NCBI GenBank assembly: GCA_021613535.1
Contig: CP075492.1
Span: 6,076,001 to 6,140,000, forward strand
Length of the DNA stretch: 64,000 nucleotides
Direction: 5' to 3'
Source of the DNA: Adineta vaga
Lineage: Eukaryota > Animalia > Rotifera
The first letter of the stretch is position 1. Every line of letters begins with the position of its first letter. This document shows positions 39,501 through 54,154 of the stretch, one piece after another. Made by a program: the position numbers and the translations under genes. Below the pieces are notes generated by a model. That model saw only the letters and a list, made by a program, of their open reading frames with translations, did no database searches and was not told the origin of the DNA.

Positions 39501-42500
39501 ATTGTCGTTTTCTATCAATTTTATGGTTATTTAAAGTAAGTTATTATTTGCTATGATTGATATAAGAAATAAGAAAAAACGAAATGGAGAAGTATAGAAA
39601 TGAAATTAAATACACATTAAAACGTTATGTTACCTGACACACTTCAAACAAAATGACAAGGAAGAGAAAATTGATAGTGAACTTGTTCTTTTCTTTTTCT
39701 TTTTTCATAGAAATTTATTAATTATTACAATACGTTACAATTGAACAGGTCACTAATAATAAATAATGGCCCTTCTGTTCCTTGTCTTTTGTCTAAGAAT
39801 AATTCACAAGTATCTGGCAAGTTGATCTCTTTTGTTTCAAAAAGAAAAAAAAGGATCAATCTGGTGCGTTTAACAAATGATTGACCGACATTTATCACAA
39901 AAAAAAGAAGGAAAAGATGTTCATCTTATAGATTGTATCAGCTTGTTATTTGCTTACATTGGCATATGTTCTAGTCCTATGTTGTATACAGTTTCTTTCT
40001 CATTTTCTTCGTCGTCTTCTTCTTCTTTTATTTATTCACTGAATACGAAATCAGTTTAGTAAACAGTAAAACAATCACCTTCTCATATTTTTGTGCGTGT
40101 CATCATCAGAAGACATCGTTTCGTTTGAATTTTCTTTTCTTTCTTAATCGTCTGTTCATTGAATAGATGTTTATCGAAGAATAACAATAGAGTTTACTAG
40201 CATGTTTAAAAGACAAAGAGAAAATTGAAGTCGCGTCAAAGCAGGAGTAGACAGACATCATAATTGGATACATGCGTAGACAGGGAGGAGAAGGAGGAGT
40301 AGGAGGAAAAAAAACGAAAAATAATTTTTCAATCAACTCTCTCCCTGTATCGCCTGCCTTTTTCTTTTGTTCAGATATAAATAGAATCATGGTCATTGGC
40401 ATTGATTTATATTAGCTAATGCAATAAAGATTGATAGACTTGTCGAATAACAACATATTATTGAAGATGACCATGAAAGTCGTTTTGTTCAAGTATGTTC
40501 GCTGTTAAGCATATTATTCCTGATAGGCCATTTTTCCTATCAGATTTACACCTATTACAGAGTTTTATATTCTTCCTCCTCCTTTCTCTGTCTTGTATAT
40601 GTAAGCATACGTCATAATACTAGTCGACGGATTTGCGCTTGAATACTATTGCTTATTCGTTGAAGAGAAAATGAATGGATGACTGAATGAGTGAGTGATG
40701 ATAACAGTACAACGACGAAGGCTGATATAGGCTGTCAAATGGACAGAAAGAAAGTATAGGAGAAATAGAGACACTGATTACATAAGCATCTTTTTTCTTC
40801 TCGAATTTCTCCCTATTTCCTTCTATACTCGTTTTTGCTTAATTGAACATTGTATATTCCCTTCGAGGAAGAAAAAGACAGTTAATAGTAACAAGAATAT
40901 TAGTCATATATATATACACACAGGTGAAGATGAAACAAAAAGAAAAAGTTTATTAACCTTCAATGATACAATCATTTAAAATAGTGCGAGAATTTCATTT
41001 TCGATTTCATTTTGTTTCTCTAGCAATCAACTTCACTTTGCTCAACTGACGAAGACGATATTATACCATTCAATTCAAGTGAATACGAAAAGATTTCTTT
41101 AGCATCATCTACGACAAGTAGTATCGATCATATCAATACATCTATCCCTAATCGAAAACGTCCAAGATCACCTGATATTAAATCAAACATTTGTTCGATA
41201 TCAATACAATTCAATCAATCGATGGCGAAATCTTCTCAACGTATGTCATTAACCGTTTTACCAACTCTTTCTCCGTCGACATTTTATTATTCATTAACAA
41301 ATGTCCATGATTATGATGATGATGAAAATATCGTTCGAAAAAAACAAAAACGAACTTCGTCAAAATTAGATATTGGCTATGCAAGTGGAGATGATTTCGA
41401 AAAAAAATCATGTTTTCTCATAAGAAAAAGTCTCAGTGATTATAGCATTCATATGAAACCAACAAATCTTATTCTATCTTCACTAACACATTCATTACCA
41501 TCATTTACTTATGAACAATTTCTACCCGAATGGTGGCGACATTCAATTACATCAGCATATGATACATGTTCCAATCCAGATATTGATTTGAGCATTGAAG
41601 ATAAGAAAAAAACATCAAACAAGCCATCTTTATTAATGTATAGTAAAAAATATACAAAATTCGAACAGAAATCAACTGGTACATCGAATTCTTATGATGC
41701 GAGTGGTGAATATACAGATGCTGATCAATCAGAAAATGATGTCGATGCTTTATCATCATCATCACCAGTACATTATTATCGAAATTCTGAAGCTTTATTT
41801 TATAATCGTTATACAACAACAACAACAACGTCGACGACAGATTATTCATCCGATATTGAAATCACAGCTAATCCATCGGAAATCGAACATCAACAATTAT
41901 CATATTTAGGTAAGACGAGTAAAAACAGATGTGAACGTTTATTTTGTCTGAGAACAAGTTCAAGTCAATCGAAGTATTGACTTTTCGACAATAAAAAGAA
42001 TATGAAAGCTTCAAACATTTACTACCTTAAAGAATAATAGTACTAAAGATTACATCATATCTTTATTCTTCTTTCTTTTTATTCCCGTAGGTAAAGCGTC
42101 TCAAATGAACAGTGATAGATTAACCCTACCATCAACAGTTATTTCAAATGGTACGTTTTGTATTCTTTCTGATATCATGTCTAGAATCTTTCTTTTTTTG
42201 TTTTTCCATAGAAAGTGAATCACTTACAACAGTAACAACAAATGATAAAATAGAAGCATCTGAACCATGTTGGGATGGATATCAAGTAAATGAAAGATTT
42301 CCTTCTTTAGTGATGATGATTTACTTTTATCTCTTGTAGAGTCCATTATTCTATCCATTGAATTCTCAAGATATTGATTCAATTGAATCGACACTTAAAT
42401 GGGATGATCAATTCTTTGAAATGGATCAATCATACAATTCTTCATCAGATGATGACATACATGTTCGTGATAATTTTAATCATCTTCTTCGGGTAATGTT

Positions 42501-45500
42501 CAAAATTAATTACTAAAATGAAACCATAGGAATTTTTTACGAACGAGAGAGAAACAACTAGTTATAATAACATCTCTATAGATTTTTAAAAAGAATCGAC
42601 ATATTCAGTTATGAGAAGAAAGAGAGGTCAAACGTTCGTACTTTCTTTTCCTAATTTGTGCCTTATTGAGCAGAATAGTTAAGCAGACACATTATTCATT
42701 CTGATGATAGATGTGTACGAATGAAGATAATTTCCCTTTCTTTCTTTTTTTCAGTTCTATAGGAAGTAGAACGGGCACGCGAGAAACTAAGATGAACTTT
42801 CTTTTTTTCTTCTTCTCTTCTTTTCACAATGTATGTACATACACACAAAAAAAGACATTCTGTACAATGAATGCCATTTGTAATTAAAGGTGATGAAAGA
42901 AGAGAGAATTGAGAAACACTGTTATTGTTATCTTTTTTTCTTCTCTTTTACCAAATAGAATTTCATTGGAGACTCTATCCTCATTATTAAATGATGAAAA
43001 TTATATGCAATTAAGTATATCATTCTCTACGGTTCATTAAATTCACACCATTCGAATCTATAAGTTTGTTGTTTTCTTATTAAGCCTTAATAAAGAGAGA
43101 ATGAGAGAGTTGTATTGTGTTCATTGATATTTTTTTTTCTAATCATGAAGATTACTCATTACTTTCGGCAAACGAACACTAATAATTTTTCCCTTGAACC
43201 TTTTGTTTTATATAAATACACCTTGAGGGCTGCTTATAATCCATATCATATTGATCCCTCTTATTTGTTTTGGTTCTCTCATTAATTTCTTTCGACATTG
43301 TAATAATTAACACCCTGCGGAAAAGATCTTATTTTTTATTGTTCATCATCTTTAGAGTAACAATGGTTCATCATTATTAATTGCGAAATTAACAAATAAA
43401 CAACAATTTGATTCCGATTCTGATCTCGATGATTTTAATTATGTTATAAATGAAACCGAACGACAATTAAGTAAAGCACGACAAAGTTTTGAAAAGAAAA
43501 AACGTCGACAACAATTACCATCACAATCAAATGATCGTAATCAACGAAAATTTGTAATAGTATATTCAATAAATATATACATACAGGTATTCTCATTGTT
43601 CTCTTCTTTTTTGTCTTCTTCTATCAAGGATGAAATACATCGAACTTGTGAAACGAATATTCAATGTCTACAACAAATTCTAACAAATCTTCATCATTCG
43701 AACAATTCACGTTTAAACAATACTCAAGCTATTGAATTATTAGAAAGTATGCATAAATCATTCGTCTTAGTTTCTATTATTATCATTAGATAGACAATAT
43801 TTCTTTTGTTTATTTAACATCTGAACACATTCTCCTTTTCTTTCACTTGACAATAGCGATCAATTGAATTAAATCTGCATGTATGTGCTTGATTACAATA
43901 GACTACAATCTCTTTTTATGTACTCCGAATCTATTGACCAGAAATATCAGCACGAGATCGATACCATTGCCATTTACTTGAAAACGATGATAATTACATG
44001 AGATCTGCCTGTCTGATGCATATGCTTGTTTTTCCAATTATTATAAACGATGTGTACGATCGTGCACATAAAGACACGTACAATCGCGATCCCTTTCTCT
44101 CTCATTCTTGATTTGCGTGCTTCTTTTTTTTCTTCTTCTTCGCTCATTCGCTTTCTCTTTTTCTCTCTTTATTCGATATGTACTATGGTTAAGTGATGTC
44201 CTTCGATAAGAAAAAGAAGAAGAAGAAGAAGAGAAACACTACAAAAGCACAACTGCTACTATATCCTCATTGTCATTAATAAAGAAAAGAGTAAACGAGA
44301 AACTTGTACACGTTCATTTTTCTTTGTTATAATCAGTTAAATAAGTCATGTAAGTATCTTATTATATTGCATCACAAAATTGAAAATGTTAATCTGGTTT
44401 AATTATTGATCTATTTGTTCTATTTGACTCGTTGCTATTATGATCATCATCATCGATATAGGTGACAAGTTTCTTCGTGTCTCTCCCTCTCTCTCTCTCA
44501 TCCGTATCTTCGTAGTTTTTATTTTAATCTTCTATTCATTGCGCCGCTCACAAATCTTATTTCACACCATGTGAAACACATCGTCGTGTATGTATACATA
44601 CATACATACATATATGTATCTATGCGCAGATTGATCTGTCACTGTTTGGTATACATTCGATGTATGACCATCACATATTCATTTCACTAGTTCTAAGAGA
44701 AATTCTTTCTTTCTTTCTAATAAAAACAATGAAGAACCATGAGAAGATGTTTTTGTTGAATGCAATCGATACTTTCTTCTATATTTAACAACTTATTAAT
44801 TATTGATTGTTTATTTTTAGCTTATTTATCTGATTGGTATGCCATGCGACGGCAAGTTAATGATGCTCGACCCTGTTCACGACATTTCTTACATTTATCT
44901 CAAGAACTTATGAAATTACGTGTTCGTTTTGATGAGCAATTATCTCCTATCAATACAACATTTAATCCTTCATGGTTCGAAAATCATTCATTTGATGAAT
45001 TGAAAGAACGGATTTACTATGAAATTGAATTAGATAAAGAAAATCGTCAGGTATTAATTGATAAGTATCATATTCATTTTAATTCTTTTTTTTTCTTTAT
45101 TAAATAGAAATTAAATGTATTCTATTCGGATCTTGAACAAATTGAAGAACATTTAAAAACTTATCGTTTGTCTTATCCAGATGGACCATCATCATTTACA
45201 ATCGATGAACAACTACATAGTATTCATCTTGCACTTGATCAACTAACGAATAAGTAAACATGATTAATGTTTTGTTCATTGAAATAAGTCACTTATTTTT
45301 TAGAATGGATTCATATCAAATTCAATTGCGAACATTATCAACTATGATCAATAATCTTGTTCCTATTGAATATCATATCGAACAAAAGTTAACGACAATC
45401 GATTATCCTGTAAATTGACTTTTTTCTTTTCTTAAAAAACGAATGAAAATTCTTTTTTCCTCTCTTCTATTAGAATGAACTTCATGAATTGCAAACATTA

Positions 45501-46849
45501 GTTGATAATTATGCTCGAATGATTCCAATGAATGAATTCTACGAAATTGTCAAACATCATTGTGATTATAAATTGGATATCTATAGAAAAATATTAAGTG
45601 ATTATATACGTAAACAAGAAAAACATGTGTCATTTGATGGTTCAATTAATTTTAATAATAATAATTCGACGAATATTAATTCATCGACATCATCATCAAC
45701 ATCGTCATCTACTTCATCAACACCACAACAACCATTTATAAATGAATACCATCGAAATAAAAAGACGATATTAAATAAATATAGACAAAAAGAAATGCGA
45801 GATATTCAACGTAAGTTTTAAACGAAGCACGTCACGAATTAGTTCGCTTTTTTTCGCTATCGAACAATTAGAGTCATCTATCTTCGTGTCACGTATTTTA
45901 TTAGAATAGACAGGGCAAGGCGAAACCAATCAATTTTCATTTTTTCGATTTGAACAGACGTAGTCGAAAGGAAAGAGAACTGATACGAAAAGATAACAAT
46001 ACCGTGATTCATATTCACACCACTATTGTTTTCGTTTTTTCTTCTTTCATAGAAACTTTCACCGCAAACGAATCAACAAATAAACAAAGTACAACGTCAT
46101 CATATATATCTGATGATTGCAAAGTATTGTATATTGAAACAGTTATTGAAGTAGCTAAACCAGTTTTTTACGAACGTACAACCGATACAACCTCAACGAA
46201 AGATACTGAATATCACTATCATCATCCTTCACCTCCTCCTCCTCCTCAACAACAACAACAACAACAAAAGCAACACATTCCGCATAATTCTATCCATTCT
46301 CAACGAACGTCAACATCGAATCGAAATAAATATTTAATGGATATTACAAATACGAATAATCAGCCAGGAGATTCAACAGATGATGATCTATCTGGTAAAC
46401 CGGTGAATATTCCACCACCAACAATAATACGACGTCATCTAAATAAAAACTATTCGAAGCAACATGCTGATAGTGGAATTGAATATGATCAAACATCTTC
46501 ATCATCAACAATATGTAATCAACAAACAACTAAAGATCAATTATTATTTCCTCCCGCAAGTACTGATCTTGACGAACCATCTCAATCCTCTCTGCTCCGT
46601 CATATTCAAAAGCAAACTGAAACGAATATTCCTCAACCAACAACATCGATTCGTCTTGATCAATCACGTACCTATTGGAATCCTTCTCCTAAATCATGGT
46701 TTCGTTCATTGTTTACTGGTCTTATTATTTTACTACTTCTATTTTTTGTGTATCTTTCCGGACTTGATCGATGTTCTCGTTCAGCTATAATCAAAACCGT
46801 TTGTCAACTAATTATTTCAATTGAAAATGAAGGTTTACCGACAATTTAA
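36530..46849 (+). CDS. Klarsicht/nesprin-like outer nuclear membrane KASH protein; ~17 exons, mostly missed by the ORF track
   Basis: Spliced exons encode FWNGTLVDDYNFLMSEELICHCK, spectrin-repeat-like helices (QIWNGLEAR; FEEWICEIEEQL; LENRWHQIWINAMEIQCKLEE), CWDGYQ, and a C-terminal TM plus a short luminal tail ending GLPTI. The first exon assignment is less certain. Confidence 0.7.
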
Positions 46850-47730
46850 CGTATATATATATATGTATACATTCATTTTGTTATCATAATCCGTTTTTTT
46901 GCTTTAGTATCATTTTTCGTTTTTCTTCTGCAGTTTGTATGCTACCTTTTGTACAGCTTGTTTTTTTTGACAACTGTTTATATTTGTATTTTTCTTCTGT
47001 TTTTTTTATGATGTGTCTTTAACACAAGGAAAAACAAAAAATGAGACTGGTTGTTTGTTTTTCAAAGAATATATTATAGACAATGAAGTCGAAAAATAAA
47101 AAATATCATATTCAAGAATATAAGCATTCACTAGTACTAATTCTTAAGTTATCTATTGAAAAAAAGAACATCATAGTTACTCTTTATACTGATGAAAGTT
47201 TGTATAGATGATTTGTTTAGGTTGAAAATTCAATGAACAGTAGAGATGATCTTTGTGATAAAAAGGTAACATATGATTGTAAGTTTTACTACTATGACTG
47301 ATAATAATAAGTGATAAGAAATGAATCAAAGATTTACCACATTGTCTCGTAGATGTGCAAACGGGTTTGTCTATACTGTATGAAAGGATTACACAAGCGT
47401 TGATTTATTTCTTTGATGTTGTTGTTTATTGCCTCAAAACAAATGATAACATCATATAGCATGTGTTTATTCAACATAATACAGACATGAATTGCGGCAA
47501 AAGACGGCTCAATTTACCTTTTTGTATGAACATTTAGATCGATTAAATCTTCAATCAATCGTTTCGTTTGAAACAATAAATGTTAAAAGCAAAATAATGT
47601 AAAGTAATACATATCTCATACAAAGATCTTTCGATTATTTCTTATTGTTATAATTAGAAAAATGTATATGTAGTTTTTCATAGAAAAATTTTATTGAAAA
47701 CTGAATTATAAAACATGCACGAGAAATTAT

Positions 47731-50129
47731 TTAATGTAAATTTGATCGATAAGCATCCCATACAGGATCATTTCGTTGGATTGTTAACCAATTTGTTGCT
47801 GGTGTAGCTTCTTCGTGTCTTGCATTCAGTATACTCCTTGTTCGTCTTTCAATTTCACGAAGATTTTTATATAATTGGAAATCAGTAAACCAATCATGAA
47901 AAAGAATATCCTATCAAATACAAATTCTAAATTTCAATAATTCAAATAATTTCTTTACTTACATTGGTTTTCGCGCGTGAATTAACATCTATGACTATTA
48001 ATTTTTTATCTAGTAGTTCGATTGCTTCAACTGACATATATGCCCATCGTTCATCACTAAATATCTCTCTTCTTTGAATGGCAAGTAGATTAGGATTGGA
48101 ATAGCTGTTTTCATTGAATGGTAAAGTACCAGATAGCGAAGCATACATGACAATACCAGCACTCCACATATCAGCTAGTCGGTTATAACCAGTTATTGAA
48201 TTGTACATTTCTGGAGGACTATACACTTTCTAAAAGAAATATACATATTATATACGAAATGAATGTCTTTCTGTGTATGTTAGTCTTACTGTTCCGACAC
48301 GCGTCTTACGAAATGAATGTTCACCAATGATTCTTGAATAGCCGAAATCCGCCAATTTAATAAGAGGAAAATCACGATCCGAATCATTACCACTCGATGA
48401 AAGTTTATTATCTTTCGTATCAGATCTTCGTCTCAGGAAGGTCAAAAGAATATTTTCACATTTAATATCGAGATGACCACATTCATTGTCATGAAGGTAT
48501 CTCAATGCAACAATTAATTGATAGATAAGCATTTTAGATGTTTCCTCCTCAAGATAATGGTTTGGTGAATTTGTGATATATTCACACATATCCGTTTCCA
48601 TACGTTCAGTAACGAGATAAACAGCATCATCGCGTTCATAATATGCTTCTAATTTAAGAATATTAATCTAGAACATATGAAAGTGTATTTATTTCATCAA
48701 ACGATAGCATTTTGTTTTGTAGAATACTTACATGATTGAATGTATACAGATGACGAGCTTCATCAGTAATCCGTCGAATTTCGAGTTCAGTACAATTTCG
48801 TTTCTCAATAATTTTGATAGCTCGTGATTCGCGGTTCGCTTTTTTGATAGCACCCATCACTCGGCCAAATGCACCTAATATACAAAAAAATTGATAAGAA
48901 TATATTCTAATGTTTTGCTTTCATATACCTTCTCCAAGCTTTTCACCAGTAAACGCATAGCGATCATGTAATTCTGCATCGCCAAGTACAACAATACTTT
49001 TAAGACCACGTAATTTGCGTGGATGGTTTGAAATTGGTTTTGGACTAGTTGTTGAGGTTATGACATTGGCAACTAGTGGCGAACTCGATGCTGATGGTGT
49101 TGCATTCGCTAATGTCTCACGTTGATCTCGAATGGATGAATAAAATTGAGCTGTATTCATTTGCAATTGGTCCGGATCAGTTTTTTTCCCCACATTGATC
49201 ACATTTCCGTTTCTTAGATGAATTTCAAAAATGCTATCACGACCATCAATAAAATGAGTAAGAATTAAATCTTGGATATCAGCTAACGAAAAACTCATAT
49301 CATCGTTGATTGATGTCGATAATTCTGTTTGAGAGACATTTTTCGGTGATAAATTTGTTGATATATTTAATGTAGTGGGTGAAAGACGGAAAAGATATCG
49401 TCCATAAAAGCTACCATCACCAATACGTGCAGGAAAAATACCTTTATCAATAATTGTGTTTGCATGAATTTCGACTGGAGATAGTTCGTTGGAAACAGGT
49501 AATACTGGAGTTGGAGGTGTAGGCGTGGGTGTTGATACTGAATTTGAGGGGAATGGATTAATAATCATTAAGGAAGGCATGCTTTTTGAACTTGCTTTGC
49601 CATTTTGTGTTTCATTGGGTTCTATTGGACAATTATCTTCAAGAAATGGTGCACACTCTTTATGATATGCCATACGACACTTTCTGCAACGAAATCCATG
49701 TTGATGGAAACTTCCAATGAATCGTGTACATTTTGAACAGTGCGTTGGTTTATTTAATTTGCATTCATATAAGCAATGAGGATTTTCATCGTTTTTCACA
49801 GGTACAAGTAATATCTCCATTATAGAATTATGCTCGACATCTGTTGATTGGACAATAGGTACCATTTGAGAATCTGATGATGAAATTCGATATAGATTAA
49901 TTACATATCGACCAGTTTGTTTTCCATTCTGCAAATTATTAATGATATCTAGTGTAAATTTCTCAGCATCGGCATAAAGCTGTTCGATAATTGAATTACT
50001 CGCATCCGTACAGGAATATTCACAATCAATTTCAGTTAAAACAAATTTCAAAGTAATTTGTATTGTTTGTGCACGAAGACTTTCTATTGCAGTCAATCGT
50101 TCTGGTTTTGGTGGTTTACTTTGAGCCAT
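47731..50129 (-). CDS. Divergent protein kinase D-like Ser/Thr kinase (C1, PH-like, kinase); ~5 coding exons
   Basis: C1 HCLYECKLNKPTHCSKC...FRCRKCRMAYHKEC...C; LGEG|AFG, AIK, ALRYLH...HLDIKCENILL, KLADFGYSRIIGEHSFRKTRVGT, GYNRLADMWSAGIVMYASLSGTLPFNE (PKD: [27 protein letters not shown]). Confidence 0.85.
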
Positions 50130-52417
50130 GAAAAAAGTGAAAATCTTCTTCAATAGACCTATGTAAAAAATAGTTTTCTAAAATGTTCGTATACTTTTTT
50201 GTCGAACTTACCAATTGTAAAATACTTTTCTTGCTTTCTGACTGTGTTTTTCTCTGTACCACTTCTTTTTTTGACACGAGACGTTTTATCGTACTCGAAT
50301 GCCCATATATTTATATATTCACCACACAGGTAGTGTTTTTGACTGCATAAGAATGGTTGGCATGTATTACCGTCATTCTCTTTTTAGTTGGAAGAACGAA
50401 AAAAAACCGTTAAGCATTGAATTGAAAGAAATTATCAAGACGAAAATAAATATAGAGAAGAAAAACGATGATTTTTTTTTACAGAAGACGTCAAAACAAG
50501 CATTTGTGACTTCCTACGAACATTGAAATGAAAAACTGAAAAACATATCTGACTCATTATTTTTCTTCCCTTTTCTCTTTCGAACGACTATATCCAATCT
50601 GTTTGTATGATGTCGCCTTGTTTTATTTAGAAAGTCATACTTCACACTTGTCGGATAAAACAGATTACGATGACGCTTGAATATGATATATCATTCCTAA
50701 TTCGACAAAGTCATAAATATTCATTTCATACAAGAAAACTGAGTTAAAAACATTCTTTCATACTATATGCACACACGGAAGGTCGTAGAAACACAAAATA
50801 GTAGATATTTAATCTGCCATTTACTGCATCACAGACTATGACGAATAGAAATAATTAAGGCTAATTATTAAATTAGCAATTAGAAAAGCGAGATCATTGT
50901 ATTTTACTGTCTTTATTTATTTTGAGACAATAACAATTCCTTTTTGAAAGACTTGTTTTTGAAAACAAATACTTGACAAAGTTTATTCGAAAATGGAATT
51001 TTTTGTTGACATTACTTCTCAGCAGAATCCTGTAATTCAAGGTGAAATTTTTTTCGGCGAAAATTGTTGATATATCTTTCATAATCAGCACTGATAATGA
51101 GAGAATTTTTTATCATTGAGGCCTCATATGACGCCGTCAAGATAACATGTTGATAGACGAAAATTTCAAATAATTACTTTACTGTTCTATTTATTTCTTC
51201 CTGATGAAAACTTCAATGGTACTTGGTTTTCTCCTACTTTGTAGTGTGAAATGACGAAAGAACATGATAAATTTTCATAAGAACAGGCGCTTTTTCCCTG
51301 TCTTCAAACCCACGTAATCAATCTGATAGTAGTAGTACTTATTGGTCAGAAAGTACTTTTGAATTTATTTGAATAAGTCAATATATAAACTAATCCCAAC
51401 AGAAAACCTAAGAATATCCATGAAGATAAAATAAATGTGCTTTCCATCATTTGAAACAAGTTTAGTCAAATATACTTGGTTGATGATTAATGCAAACCAA
51501 AGTGAGAATTATACCGTCAATGTTGTTATTGTTGGAAAAACCAATAATATTGGTTAAATATAATAGGAAGTAGAGAACGAGCATTGTCGACAAAACACAG
51601 CGTTACATATGATTTCAAAACGGAAATGTGTAATACATTTAAAATAGTAAGTAAATACATGAGGATCAAACTTAAAGAATCTACGTTGAAGTTTTGAAAC
51701 GAAATAAGGTAAGGTAAACATATCTGCAATATTAATGCAAAGTTTTGCTGGGTCTAGAGAAGAGTTTAAAGTGAATCTTATGCTTGGCTATTGTCTCATA
51801 TATCATTTGTATCTTTCATTAATACGTTTAGATTACCAAAACTTCATAAAACATGATTTTAATATTAATAAATCCATTATAGACATTTTTGAAGTAAAAT
51901 CAGAGAATATTCCAACATACAGATAACTTTTTGCATCTTTCTTATTGTTTCTTACTTTCACGATAAACAGATGTCACTAGTAAACGATTTGCTATGAATA
52001 TTTATAAAATGATCTTTTGCACCAATCGATATCATTCTTACTGTATTCTTTTTTTTCTTCAAACGAGTCCGATTCTTTCTTTCAGGGTTTTTTCCAACTA
52101 AAAAAATCCAACCATCGAAAAATCCAACTTTTTATCGGTAAGATACCACCGTTTTATTTTAAAACTTTTTTTTGTTCAATTAAAGAAAACTTCTTTTGAT
52201 AAATGAAACATGAATAATTAAAAAAAATCGAACTGTTTTGACTTTGATGAGTAATTGAAGAAGAAATCGAATAATAATGATGTAATTTCTATATAAGGGA
52301 AAAATCACGTCATTCGTGGGATGTGTTACATCAAACAGAAGATGTATTGACAATATTATTCATTTGTCATATACATTTTAGATAGAAATCATTCTTACAC
52401 ATCATTTTAGATGGTTG

Positions 52418-54154
52418 ATGGTTGATAATTTCAAAGATCAACGAGAAAATGATACAAATATGTCTGCTTCTGTATCACAATATCAAAAATATGGCTTTAA
52501 TGTCTCGGATATAGGAACATTTCCTCCGAAATATAAATGTTCATTTTGTACTCTTATTATTCAAGAACCTCTTCAATTAACCGAATGTGGGCATCGGGTT
52601 TGTCGGAAGTGTTACGAAGTTCGAGCTATTACCGAAGATAATGGGCGTGTTAAATGTCCAGATCAGGATTGTTCGGACTTTGCGGATAAAGATCAGGTAT
52701 GAAATATTTATACCAATCTTTCAATTGTTTAGTATTTCTATTCATTTTTCTATTTAGATCATGCCAGACAAAGCTTTTCGAAGAGAATTAGATAATCTTC
52801 AAGTAACTTGTTTATATAAGGAAAACAATATATGTTTATGGTGCGGTTTATTGAAGGATTATCAAGTAATTTTATTCAAATTTTTTCGTCGGATATTTCT
52901 GATAAAAACTTTCTTTTTTCAAGGCACATTTAGACGCAACTCATATTCATTATAGTTGCTCTGAGTGTAATTTAAGTTTTTCGTCTCAAGCAGTTCTAGA
53001 TGATCATATGACTAAATGTCCAGTGGTATTTCAAAGATGCCCATTGGCACCATTTTGTACGGAAGATATGGTAAACTTGCTCTTTTTTTTAATCTTATCT
53101 TGAAACATCGTTTCATTGTTTATTTTGAACTTAGATTCGTAAAACTGATTTTGAAAAACATTGTCTCTCGGAGAGACATCAAGAAACGCTTGCTAAAGGT
53201 TTGATAGGTGATTACAATCTATCTGAAACAATCTCTCCTGAACAGGAAATAGAAATCAATGCAAGGAATAAAGAATTAGAAGAACAAAGTTCCGAAAAAT
53301 TGAACAATCTTTCTAATGAACTTCAAAAGTTAAAGGATGGTACTATGGAATTAAGCGAAAGTTTTTCTAAATATAAAGAACATATTTATCGAACTGCACA
53401 AGAATTAAATAATTGTCATTTATTAATGAATGAACGACATTCTACTAAACAAAGTTTACAACCTAATCAAGAAAAATTGCAACAAGATCTTGAAAAATTA
53501 CAACTAGCCTATGATAGTAGTCAACATATCTCATCGGATGGAACATTAACATGGCGAATTGATCATGTAGCTGAAAAAATGGCTGATGCTCAATCGGAAA
53601 GACAGACTAGTATTTTCTCTCCTGTATTTTATTCATCACCAACCGGTTACAAAATGCGTGTCAGACTATTTCTATTTGGTGATGGAAATGCAAGACGTAC
53701 CCACATCTCCTTATTTTTCCTACTGATGAAAGGAGAATTTGATGCGATACTCAAATGGCCCTTTCATTATAAAGTAACATTTTGTCTACTTGATCAAATG
53801 GGTTCCAATCGTCATATTATCGATTCATTTTATCCTGATGTTAAATCCAATTCATTTCAACGGCCAAAAGAAGCTGCCAACACAGCCAGTGGAATCCCGA
53901 AATTCTTTCCATTAACAATGTTATTACAAGACGATAATGTTTATGTTCGAGAAGATACACTTTATCTTAAAATTATCATTGGTTTGAATGATATGCCCAA
54001 AGCATTGCTACCCTATGTATTAACACTTAATCCAGCCTTGCCAAATTATGTTCAAGAAAACTTAATTATTCAAGAAACTGGTAAACTTCAGAAACAACAA
54101 CAGCAAGTCACTGTAAATAATCCACAAACAATGCCCATGAGTACGGGAAAATGA
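52418..54154 (+). CDS. TNF receptor-associated factor (TRAF2/3-like): RING, TRAF zinc finger, coiled coil, MATH; 4 exons
   Basis: CSFC...ECGHRVCRKC...CP; DGTLTWRI, SIFSPVFYSSPTGYKMRVRLFLFGDGNARRTHISLFFLLMKGEFDAILKWPF, SFQRP, SGIPKF. Confidence 0.93.

Noticed and set aside
50900-51400. Possible MITE remnants (two TACTGT...TATTTATT starts)
   Set aside because: No matching terminal inverted repeats could be paired.
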